DNA from: Octopus sinensis | Taxonomy: Eukaryota | Direction: 5' to 3' | NCBI RefSeq assembly: GCF_006345805.1 | Contig: NW_021828082.1 | Coordinates: forward strand, 1 to 35,034 | DNA: 35,034 nt | In this document: piece by piece, positions 22,612 through 31,789 of the stretch | Numbering within the stretch: the first letter of the stretch is position 1 | Layout: every line of letters begins with the position of its first letter | The notes under the pieces: generated by a model | What the model was told of the DNA's origin: nothing | The model's input: the letters and a program-made list of their open reading frames with translations, nothing else | The model's database searches: none | Position numbers and translations under genes: made by a program

Positions 22612-25050
22612 GATGATTGTTTCATCTTGATAGATGATAGCTGTCCCAACCACACACACACACACACCACACCCAATCACACAGCACAATGCTTCCGCTG
22701 ATGTGCCTTCAGATGACTTTTAAGACCAGTTACTGACTGACAGGGTTCAAAATACAAGTGACAGATATTATTCATGTTTCTTTTCTATCTTTGCCCTTTG
22801 GAATCTGATTCTGAAGGAATGTTTTTGTGAACTAGCATGTGTCTTTTAAGTCAAGTTTTGTGATATAGGACACAAGTTGTAAGAGGCGGTTGGTGTTCAA
22901 GATTATTGCCTACCTGGGCATTTCGATTTTCATGTGACTTCGTGATTCACGTATCCTGCTTTTAACAACAGAACACGATCACACATAATACATATCCAAT
23001 GTTCACTGTTGATTTCACCTCCAATTTTTCCTTTGCGACAGGCTCTTTTGAGCTCAGAGTACTGAATCATCTTTTTCTCCCAGGCATTGCAATCAGTTCT
23101 AACAGCCCCTCTCCACTTGTTCAGATCCAGAACATCAATTTCCCAATCACTTTTGTTCATATCTAGTTTCTTCAGGTTTTCCTTCTCACAGTCTTTATAC
23201 ATTTTCCTTAGCTTATGTTGTGGTCGCTTACCAGAGTTGAGCTCACCATAAAAAAGACACTTTGGCAATTGCTCATCTTTCATACTAATAATATGTCCAG
23301 CCCATCTTCTTTGAGCCAAGATAACATGGAGCTACAGCATTCCATGTGCAAAACTTCTGTATCTGATTTGAAATATTTCCACTTGACTTCCAAGATACAT
23401 CTGAGGCACTTTTGATGAAACCTCTCCAGAATTTTCATATGATGCCTGTAAGTGGTCCACGTCTCACTCGAATAAAGAAGTACTGTCAATACACACGTTT
23501 TATAGACACTGATTTTGTCTACAGGAAAATACCTCTATCCGCCCACACTCTGTTTTTGAGCTTTCCAAATGCAAATATTCCCTTCCCTTATTCTATAGTA
23601 TATCTCTGCATCAAGATCACCGTCACTTCACAGTGTGCTTCCAGGGTAAACAAAGGTGTCAATGACTTCTAACCTTGTTCCATTCACAAAAATGTTTGGT
23701 TCAGAATATGCTTTCCTGGCGTGGGAGTAAGCATTACTTTGGTTTTTTTCTAAGACCTTTTGTGAGTCCGAAATGTACACATACAGAAGTCAGCTTTCCG
23801 AGTTAATACAAAGTCAATCATTTGATCTTGCTTTGATCTTGGATGAACCCAGGTAACTTTATGCTTCAACTCATGATGAAAGAAAGTATTCCCCACAATC
23901 AACCCTTGCTCGGAGCACATTTGTAGCAAATGCAACCCATTGTTGTTCACCTTTTCTATTCCGTAACGCTCAAGTATATTCCCAGCACCATAGTCTCTAC
24001 TAATACGTGCATTGAAGTCACCAAACACAACTAACTTCTCATTGAAAGGGACTGTCAGAATACTTCTTCTAAGCTCCTCATAAAATGCATGGATATTTTC
24101 CTCATTAGCTGAAAGCGTAGGAGCATAAATAGAGAAAACAGTTACAAAGTGTCCACAAAAAAGGGGTATCCGGAGTTTCATTATGCGTTTCTTTATGCTT
24201 TGTGGTTGTTCTAGGTCGTTTAGCAAATCACTTCTTATTGCAAACCTAACACCATCTTCTCTTTTTCCTTCCTTCCGCTTCCCAACCTAGAATAATGTAA
24301 AAGCGGCTGCTCTTTTGACAAGACGATCTTCATATGAGTATCATGTTTCAGAGAGAGCTGCAATGTCAACATTAAGATGCCTTAGCTTCTTAGTTACAAG
24401 AGCTGCTCTTCTTTCAGACGTATCTGCTCGATCTAAAAGGCTTCTCACATTCCAACAGGCTAGGTTAGGAGAATCCTTATTCATTGCATATTTGTTATCA
24501 TTGTTTATATCAATTCTTTGTTAATTCCTGCTAAATTGGACCACCTTTAGCCGCAGTATACAAATCAGTAGAGAAAAGACAGACAATGTTTTGCGCACCT
24601 TTTCTAGCACCTTCACAGCATAACCAGGTGAGCAATGTTCTCCTTAAAAGTGCTACTCAGACAAAGGATTCTCCACCGAAAATAGTTCCTGTCCATGAAA
24701 ACATGCTAGCGATGTTAAGATAAGAATCCTGCCGCCTTATGTGCTGATTTGTATCTGTATGCTTCTAACCGGTCAAGTCAGTATATATCGCCACGCCTTT
24801 ATCGCCATAGGACTTTTGAAAAGTGATGATTGTATGATGATGGTATTTTGTCGAGGACGTCTGTACTTCATTGGATTTCAGAGACAAACGCTTGTACAAC
24901 AACACTTTTGCCACTTTCTGTAGAGAGTAGATTACAGTGATAAGCAAAGCAAGATGACTGGTACTAAATTGACTGCACGTTTTATGTCGGAGTACCTTCT
25001 AGGCTTTTCCTCAAAAGGGGAACTGCAAGCCAGCAGTGGTAAGTCGATTT
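22610..25050 (-). mobile_element. RTE (BovB-like) LINE pseudo-copy with 5' UTR, APE endonuclease, internal deletion of the RT core and C-terminal zinc-finger-like motifs
   Basis: LACWNVRSLLDRAD...DIAALSET (~24480-24350); YAPT...GDFNARI...TWVHPRSK...IDFVLTR (24226-23790); then directly FGLT...KTKVM...F.Y.GSTL...LLYSSETWTTYRHH...RFHQKCLR...RRWAGH...PK.LFYGEL. Multiple frameshifts and stops. 5' boundary approximate. Confidence 0.9.
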
Positions 25051-25549
25051 GAATTCAGAATTTTATTCTCCTGTATTGGTTGTCCTAATCACGGCTTCGT
25101 TTCAAATCAGGAACCCAATCTACCCCCATCAAACAGTCATGGTTTTGATAGGGCAGCCGATTAAGGGGACCGTCATTACCACATGTACACATCCACACAC
25201 CCCCACACAAATACACACACAGAGAAACAATATATACAAATGTACACATAAAAAAAGAAAAAAAGATATAAAACATCAATTTTTTTACAAGCTAAAATTT
25301 TAAATATATATATATATATAATAGAAATATTAAAATTACTAAGTCTCTCTAAAAGAGATTACGGCAGCGTTACTGGAAATTAATTGTTATCGCCATATTA
25401 ATATGGCAGCCTTATGGATATAAGACTAAAAGCTGTCGCTGATTAGCTCCATGAGGCCATCGCCTTAAGATAGCTATTTGACACACAAACTCTGTCCATT
25501 ATAACCTTCGAACAAGGGAGGTCAGCCGCTTCACACTGCTAGTCAGACA

Positions 25550-25592
25550 GCTACAGACGCGTTTCAGGGTATTTGCCCTTTGTCAATGTAGC
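25550..25592 (-). ncRNA. minimal type I hammerhead ribozyme, U3:A8 core variant
   Basis: GCUACA-UUGACAA-AGGG caaaua CCCU-GAAA-CGCG-UC-UGUAGC: 6-bp helix I, 4-bp helix II, palindromic ACGCGU helix III, GUC site. Confidence 0.7.
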
Positions 25593-25913
25593 GTAGTCGA
25601 CCCAGCAGGTGTCGCCACTGATCGTCTCTGTTCGAAGGTTTTATTTACCTAGTTTCGGTGGAATACATCCACTTGTTTTCAATAATAGAAATATTAAAAT
25701 TACTAAGTCTCTCTAAAAGAGATTACGGCAGCGTTACTGGAAATTAATTGTTATCGCCATATTAATATGGCAGCCTTATAGATATAAGACTAAAAGCTGT
25801 CACTGATTAGCTCCATGAGGCCATCGCCTTAAGATAGCTATTTGACACACAAACTGTGTTCATTATAACCTTCGAACAAGGGAGGTCAGCCGCTTCACAC
25901 TGCTAGTCAGACA

Positions 25914-25956
25914 GCTACAGACGCGTTTCAGGGTATTTGCCCTTTGTCAATGTAGC
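25914..25956 (-). ncRNA. second, identical copy of the U3:A8 hammerhead
   Basis: Identical 43-nt sequence 364 bp away. Confidence 0.7.
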
Positions 25957-26069
25957 GTAGTTGACCCAGCAGGTGTCGCCACTGATCGTCTCTGTTCGAA
26001 GGTTTTATTTACCTAGTTTCGGTGGAATACATCCACTTATTTTCAATAATAGAAATATTTAAATTACTA

Positions 26070-26640
26070 ATCAATAATAATAAAGGGTAAAATTAATTAA
26101 TTAATTAATAATTAATAATTTTACCGAGTAGTTCGGTATGTTAAAAGAACCATTATCGGTAAACTTATACAAAAATTCTATAATTATGAGTATAATTATA
26201 ATTAGGGTTCAGCAAAATTTGCTTCGACACATGCCGCAATTTCGAAATAGCAGTTAAACTACTATTTTACTACCATAAGATATCTCCCAGACAGCAATAC
26301 TCAACAACTCACGCAGGTAAAGAGAAAAAATAACGAATCCACCCGGCTCTGATTAACTGTATACGCGTTTCGGATTTAGAGAAATGTGAGAAATATAAAA
26401 TCATATCTCTACTCACCCATTCTCCTCATCAGTACAGTATTTCAAGATTTTAAATATGAGAGCACTGATAATTAACATACATATTTGACCAAGCATCATC
26501 AAACAGCATATATCCAAAGACCAGTACTTCCGAATTCAAACAGACGAATGAGATCACGTATTCCTCTTCATTCACCTACGTGCGCTAACGAGTAAAAATT
26601 CCGCAGAAACTGCTGTTTACTACCAGGAAGAGAATTATAT
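26070..26640 (-). mobile_element. probable Penelope-like pLTR-type repeat fused to the 364-bp array
   Basis: Contains a canonical HHR. AT-rich hairpin GGTAAAATTA...TAATTTTACC near 26085-26126. Boundaries approximate. Confidence 0.5.
26356..26438 (-). ncRNA. type I hammerhead ribozyme with canonical core and extended helix II
   Basis: ACUGUA-CUGAUGA-GGA[~48-nt hairpin]UCC-GAAA-CGCG-UA-UACAGU. All core nucleotides canonical, G10.1-C11.1 present, GUA site. Confidence 0.8.
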
Positions 26641-26659
26641 TATCATTATATTATCAATA

Positions 26660-26910
26660 ATCGTGATTTCAATTTCTAGACCGGGTGGTGCGTTGTGTTC
26701 TGGAGCAAAACACTTCATCTCATGTTACTCTGTGATCACTTCAACTCATGACATGTGGTACACTGTGCATCTGTCCAGGCAATGTTGATTTGATGGAGAG
26801 AGTGAGCTAATGTACAGCACATACACTTGATCACTATAAACAAATCATTTGTGCAGGTTGTTCGGCAAAAGCTGAACACTCATACGTGTCGTCTTCGACG
26901 GGAGGGTCCA
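26660..26910 (+). mobile_element. degenerate tRNA-type SINE (another family)
   Basis: B-box-like remnant followed by GCGTTGTGTTCTGGAGCAAAACACTT, a typical post-tRNA SINE box. Confidence 0.5.
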
Positions 26911-26956
26911 TCATGTCTATCTACCTAACTCTGTGTTTGTATGTGTATACATATAT

Positions 26957-27011
<55 letters not shown>

Positions 27012-27610
27012 CAGGGTGCGGTGAATAAACTGTCATCTAAATTATGTAAAAATGAAAATAACACTTACATCTAATTTTAACATATAATTACCAAAATTAC
27101 ATACAAATATCTTGAAATACTAAAGAGTAAATTTATTCAATAAAATCGCCTTTGGCTTCAACCACGGTCTCCAAACGACCTTGGAATCTCCTGCAACTCT
27201 TCTAGACCATCTCCTTCTTTAAGTTGGTGAATGCTGCCATAACCCTTCCCTTCAGTTCATCCTTGAACTTACAAGGAGTTTTGTTGGTCTCTCGCTCAAC
27301 TACACCCACGCAAAATAATCAAAGGGATTGCAGTGTGGGGAGTTAGGTGGCCAGATGTTTGTGTTGATTGTCTGACAGCCATGATTGCGTTCTTTTGCTT
27401 GTGTGGTATAGTGCAGAGTCCTGTTGCTAGATATAGGTTTCTTCCAGCAGCTACTCTCTTCACCGAGGGCAACACTACCTCTTTAAGTCATTTGATGTAG
27501 ACCTCTGTGTTGAGTGTGATGCTGTGTAAAAAGATGAATAGAAGCATAACGTCGCCATCATTAGTGATCACACAGCATGTCGTTTCCAAATTTCTGGCAG
27601 AGTGAATTAC
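27012..27610 (-). mobile_element. Tc1/mariner (maT/DD37D-like) transposon, 3' half
   Basis: TA + CAGGGTG terminal repeat at 27010-27018. Minus translation QQDSALYHTSKRTQSWL...WPPNSPHCNPFDY...VERETNKTPC..KDELK...RLETVVEAKGDFIE*. Stops, a deletion, and the third Asp mutated. Confidence 0.85.
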
Positions 27611-27814
27611 GTCAGTGTGGTATTTTGCTCATAGATGGTACCCAACTGAGCCTACTATACTGTGTAGTCGACAAAGTCATAAACAACCAATGTGCATGCA
27701 CGAAATTAAGAATGTAAAATGGCGATAATTTAACCATAGCACTCTTTATATGCACATACACGCACACACACACACACAGAGACACACACACAAACACATA
27801 TACTGTATATTTTT

Positions 27815-28000
27815 ATATACTTTTACTTGTTTCAGGTATATTTGCCATGCTGGAGCACCACCTTCAACGGTTTTAGTCGAAGAAACCGACCCCAGGATTT
27901 ATTCTTTGTAAACATAGTACTTAATCTATCTACTTAATATACAGGTCGTCAAGAGATATTAGTGGCGTGGGGGTGACACAAACAGAGGCACACACACACA
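27815..28000 (-). mobile_element. SINE family B 3' half
   Basis: TTACTTGTTTCAG...GCCATGCTGGAGCACCACC...CGACCCCAGGATTTATTCTTTGTAA. Confidence 0.75.
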
Positions 28001-28099
28001 CACACACACACACAAATATCTCTTGTTCTTCATCCTTTCTGGTTTCCTCTCCCACCCTTCCCTATTCTTTTCCTCTCCCCTTCACCGTTCACTCTCTCT

Positions 28100-28600
28100 C
28101 ACTCCTCCTCCTCGACTCTCTCGTCGCTAACTCGTGATGAGAGAGAATCCATCTTTCCGACTACTACCTTCACAAAGACTAAACGGGCTTATCCAGTTTC
28201 TTCATAAGCTCGTCTACTTAAAAGTTCAGAATAATTTTTCCATCGTTTGTTTTTACTGTTTTGTTCTCATTGTTCTGTCTCATACTGTTTTTACTTTTTT
28301 GTGTGTTTACTGTTTTGTTCTCACTGTCCTGTTCTTGTTACCACTTTCACCCTCCGCAAAAAATCCCAAATATTATTTAATTTGCTTTGCGGGAAGGACT
28401 GTTTCAACGAAATTGCGTCTTGTCCTTACGTTCGAACGCGGAGTAGATGAAACAGGGACAACTGAAGAAGGGGAATATTCTTTTTGTTGTATGTCTCATT
28501 ACTCTGTTTTTTTCGTTGCTTGAAAAAAAGTTCGTTTCTATGTTTTTGTCTTTATGTTTTCATTTCTCATTGTGTTCAACGTTTTTTTGATGTTCTGTAC
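28100..28600 (+). mobile_element. possible pLTR-like repeat with a permuted (type II-like) hammerhead fold at 28398-28495
   Basis: GAAA-UUGCG-UC followed by helix UUGUCC/GGACAA and then CUGAAGA. Helix II uncertain. Confidence 0.4.
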
Positions 28601-28727
28601 CCATATATGCATGTATATATGCATATATATGTGGGTATGTCCATATATGTATGTATATATGCATATATTTATATATTATTTATATTATTATATGATCGAA
28701 CGCCACGCATCCTTTTCCAAGTAAGTT

Positions 28728-28823
<96 letters not shown>

Positions 28824-28837
28824 TTATCTATCTATCT
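28728..28837. repeat. (TATC)n microsatellite
   Basis: Direct reading. Confidence 0.97.
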
Positions 28838-28988
28838 GAGTGACTTCAACACAACCAAAGCATTCTATAGGGGATTAGTGGAGGGGAGGTTCGACGACGA
28901 GCTCAGGGCGAACCTGGACGTCGACGAGGAATACCTCACCCGCCTGTTCAGGACGACTTTCGGGCCAGGGCCCATGACAACTTCCAGA
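28838..28988 (+). mobile_element. GC-rich coding-like fragment, probably Tx1/L1-type ORF2
   Basis: Open frame SDFNTTKAFYRGLVEGRFDDELRANLDVDEEYLTRLFRTTFGPGPM with high GC3. Resemblance to the post-RT region of Tx1-like elements is from memory only. Confidence 0.45.
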
Positions 28989-29049
28989 TATATATATATA
29001 TACAGTATATAGATATATATATATGCAGATTTGTATGTTTTGCTTTACG

Positions 29050-29338
29050 TATGTATTCTCAGGCATATAGTTGCATATCTAGACATGCTCATATACATTT
29101 AAATGATAAATTTCTGGAAAGTGATGGATTGGATCTGTAGTCTTCGAATTTGCCTTCCCCTTTCTGATTTTGAGAAGCCTAATTTCTCACGATTGGTATT
29201 TAGGCAGTGTGTTACCTATCTCAGAGCCCTAATAGTTACAGGTATAAACCTGAACTTGTAATCTGGATAGAGTAACTGCAGATTTCTCAAAAGTTAAGCG
29301 TTTTCTTTTTCACCGATCTTCAGCTTTATGTTAAGAAA
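29050..29338 (-). mobile_element. second RLE-type (R4-like) LINE C-terminal fragment
   Basis: NIKLKIGEKENA*LLRNLQLLYPDYKFRFIPVTIRALR*VTHCL...LGF...IRRLQIQSIT fits K..EK..Y..L...F.PI.VGALG...LGF...LQ. Confidence 0.65.
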
Positions 29339-29502
29339 TGTATGTATGTATGTATGTATGTATGTATGTATGTATGTATGTATGTATGTATGCATGTATG
29401 TATGTAAGTATGTATGTATGTATGTATGTACGCATGTATGTATGTATGTATGTATGTATGTATGTATGTATGTATGTATGTATGTACGTGTGCGTGTGTG
29501 TG
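29339..29502. repeat. (TATG)n microsatellite
   Basis: Direct reading. Confidence 0.97.
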
Positions 29503-29504
29503 TA

Positions 29505-29985
29505 ATAAATTTAAACAGCAGATTGCAATGTTTCACCTAAAAGGAGAATTATAATTATCACTAAATGTGACCAGGGTGTTAAGAAACACCTACATTGCTA
29601 GAAATACGAGCTAAAATGCTCTAATACTGTAGTTAATGTACATGAATGAAAGCATATATACTAACAGAGACCTGAATCGTTCGAAAATCCGATCGAGAAT
29701 TCTTAATAATGACGTCAGTTTCACCAATTTTCGTTGCCTCATCAGTTAAGCCCGCTCGATCTCAGCTTTCTTCGGCTTGCTTCTCTATTAGTATATATGT
29801 TTTCATCATCCACATTAATTGATAATTTAGTGATTTTCTAATGTGTATACATAAAATTGATATAAACAGTAGGTTGCAATGTTTCTTCAAAAGAGGAGAA
29901 TTATAATTGTTACTAAATGTGACTAGGGTATTAAGGAACATTTAACAACCTAGTCACATTTAGTGACAATTATAATTTTCTTTTT
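29505..29985. mobile_element. second copy of the ~351-bp HHR repeat, with partial second unit and short fold-back
   Basis: AACAG at 29514 recurs at 29865. 29898-29927 and 29949-29978 are inverted (28/30). Collinear with 18674-19070. Confidence 0.75.
29702..29750 (-). ncRNA. type I hammerhead motif (degenerate)
   Basis: CUUAA-CUGAUGA-GGCAA cgaaaa UUGGU-GAAA-CUGACGUCAU-UA-UUAAG. Perfect 5-bp helix I; mismatches in helices II and III. Confidence 0.6.
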
Positions 29986-30051
29986 TGATGTTTATATTAA
30001 CACCCTAGTCAACACACACGCACTCTCACACACATACACACACACATATAT

Positions 30052-30148
30052 ATTTTATTTGTTTGAATCATTGGACTGCGGCCATGCTAGGTTACCGCCT
30101 TAGTCGAATAAATCGACCCTAGTACTTAGTATTTTGCTAAGCCTGGTG
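30052..30148 (-). mobile_element. SINE family B 3' tail
   Basis: TCATTGGACTGCGGCCATGCT...CCGCCTTAGTCGAATAAATCGACCC. Confidence 0.7.
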
Positions 30149-30149
30149 T

Positions 30150-31560
30150 CACTAACGAGTTCTTCCTTGCAACTCCAGCAGTGTCTTATAAAATTAACTC
30201 TTCTTTCTTGAGTAGTATCTTTTACTTTAGGAAAATTATGATATAATCTTTATTTTTGAAGGTTGTTCTTTTCAGAATATATTTAAAAAAAAAAAAGTAA
30301 TGACGTATGCTTTTGATGCTCTCTAGTATAGTTTTAAGCTTTCTAGTTAGTGTCGAACTGGAAAATCCTAAAGTTACACAGAATCAATCACTACATGGAA
30401 GAAGTTCCTTTTCAGATTCTTTGGGAGTTTAGGTTTCCGTATTATGCTTATATTTTTTAATATTTTGTAAAGACCTTTGTTTTTATACGCCTTTTAGCAT
30501 TTGCTCCCAGTGAAAGAATCTACTAGTTTTTATCGAGCTTCCAGTCAGCGAGATCAAAGCACTTTCCAAAATGTATTTGATGAATTCCATTTTTTCTAGC
30601 ATTACCATAGTGACCAATGCTTCCCACCATATTTTCCAAACTGTGAAGTAGATTAATGCCTCTTGCAATTTTACCATCATTAAAGCCCAGTCATCTACAT
30701 GTGTTATTGTAGGGGTGGTCTTTTTGGAGCCTCTTGATTTTGTGAGATTGAGCCATATTTCTTGTTATGATCGACTGAAAAATACATTAGAGATAGATTA
30801 AGAATAACTAAATGTTGCAAATGTGTATTTAGGTAAGACATCAACTACAATGACCTAAATTTCTGTCTCTGCCAGGTGAACGTGTTGTGTAGCACATTAT
30901 TATTGCATCTATTATTTGTTGAGTGAATCCATAGGCTAGCAGAATTTGTTGTATGTTAACTCCGTGAACTGAGTTAAATAAATTTGAGAAATCCACGAAT
31001 AATAGAATGACAGGAAGACTCTTTATTTTGAACAGTCTCAATAAATCGTCTGACGATTAACATTTGTTCAGTTATTTTTTTCTGCATCCATTCTGGTTGG
31101 TGCGAAAATTTTTCTTGACCTCCAACTAGATACAATTGCATAGCTATTGCTGATATGATACTACGGTAAATCTGTACCAAGGTTAAGTCACTACTTTTAA
31201 GGAAATGCAGGGATTCATCCTTTAATGCATTTATCGATATAGTTTCCGTGTATACAGAGGGGCGCAGCTGGAGAGGTATATCAATAAATGGCCCGGTTTT
31301 CCCTGCCTTAGTGGGCTTGTTGCCCAAACCGAAGGTGCAAGGCTTCGTGAACATCATTTTCTATTTTAGACTCTGATAGTTACCCACTGCTAATGTGAAG
31401 TTACCTGCTTTGATGTTTGGTTCGTAGTTAATGTAAGTTTCTACGAGTATTTCAGTAAGGATTTGAGTATTCCTTAGAAGATTTCCCCATTGATTCCTGC
31501 CACAGTTGTGGTCTTGCATATACCTATACCCCAAACAGATATACTAGATGGATATTATTT
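30150..31560 (-). pseudogene. heavily decayed RTE/RTEX-type LINE reverse transcriptase
   Basis: Fragments NLL...IKAGNFT...FGLGNKP; KSSDLTLVQIYRSI...QMLIVRRFIETV; LLFVDFSNLFNSVH...QILLAYG; HVDDWAL (YADD equivalent); HCWSCKEELVSD. Confidence 0.75.
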
Positions 31561-31789
31561 CTGACAGGATCAAGCGAAGCGAGGAATTTGACTAAATGGA
31601 AATCGCCATCAAAGAAGGCATAGCAAACAGTACGGTCGATGTTTGCTTTGTCAAAGGAATCACTCAAGTAACAGTCAACGATGAAACTTACAAGATCCTG
31701 GAAGATGAATCTGTATTAATTACCTTCATCAGAGTTATATACTTCTTAAAAGTAAACCACTTCTAACATCTATAGAACTAGCGATCATA

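Larger units (their letters stand above)
25321..26070 (-). repeat. 364-bp tandem repeat (2 units plus a ~22-nt start of a third), retrozyme/pLTR-like
   Basis: Unit starts at 25321, 25685 and 26049. The two units differ by 6 substitutions and no indels (my count). Each unit carries a hammerhead fold. Confidence 0.95.

Noticed and set aside
24960-25050. Possible HDV-like ribozyme at the RTE 5' end (GGCUU...AAGCC pairing on the minus strand)
   Set aside because: RTE 5' UTRs can carry such ribozymes, but I could not assign P1.1, P2, L3 or the catalytic C convincingly by eye. An RNArobo/Infernal search would decide.
25321-26070. CRISPR-like array or prokaryotic contamination
   Set aside because: Long identical units with no unique spacers, in a eukaryotic repeat context.
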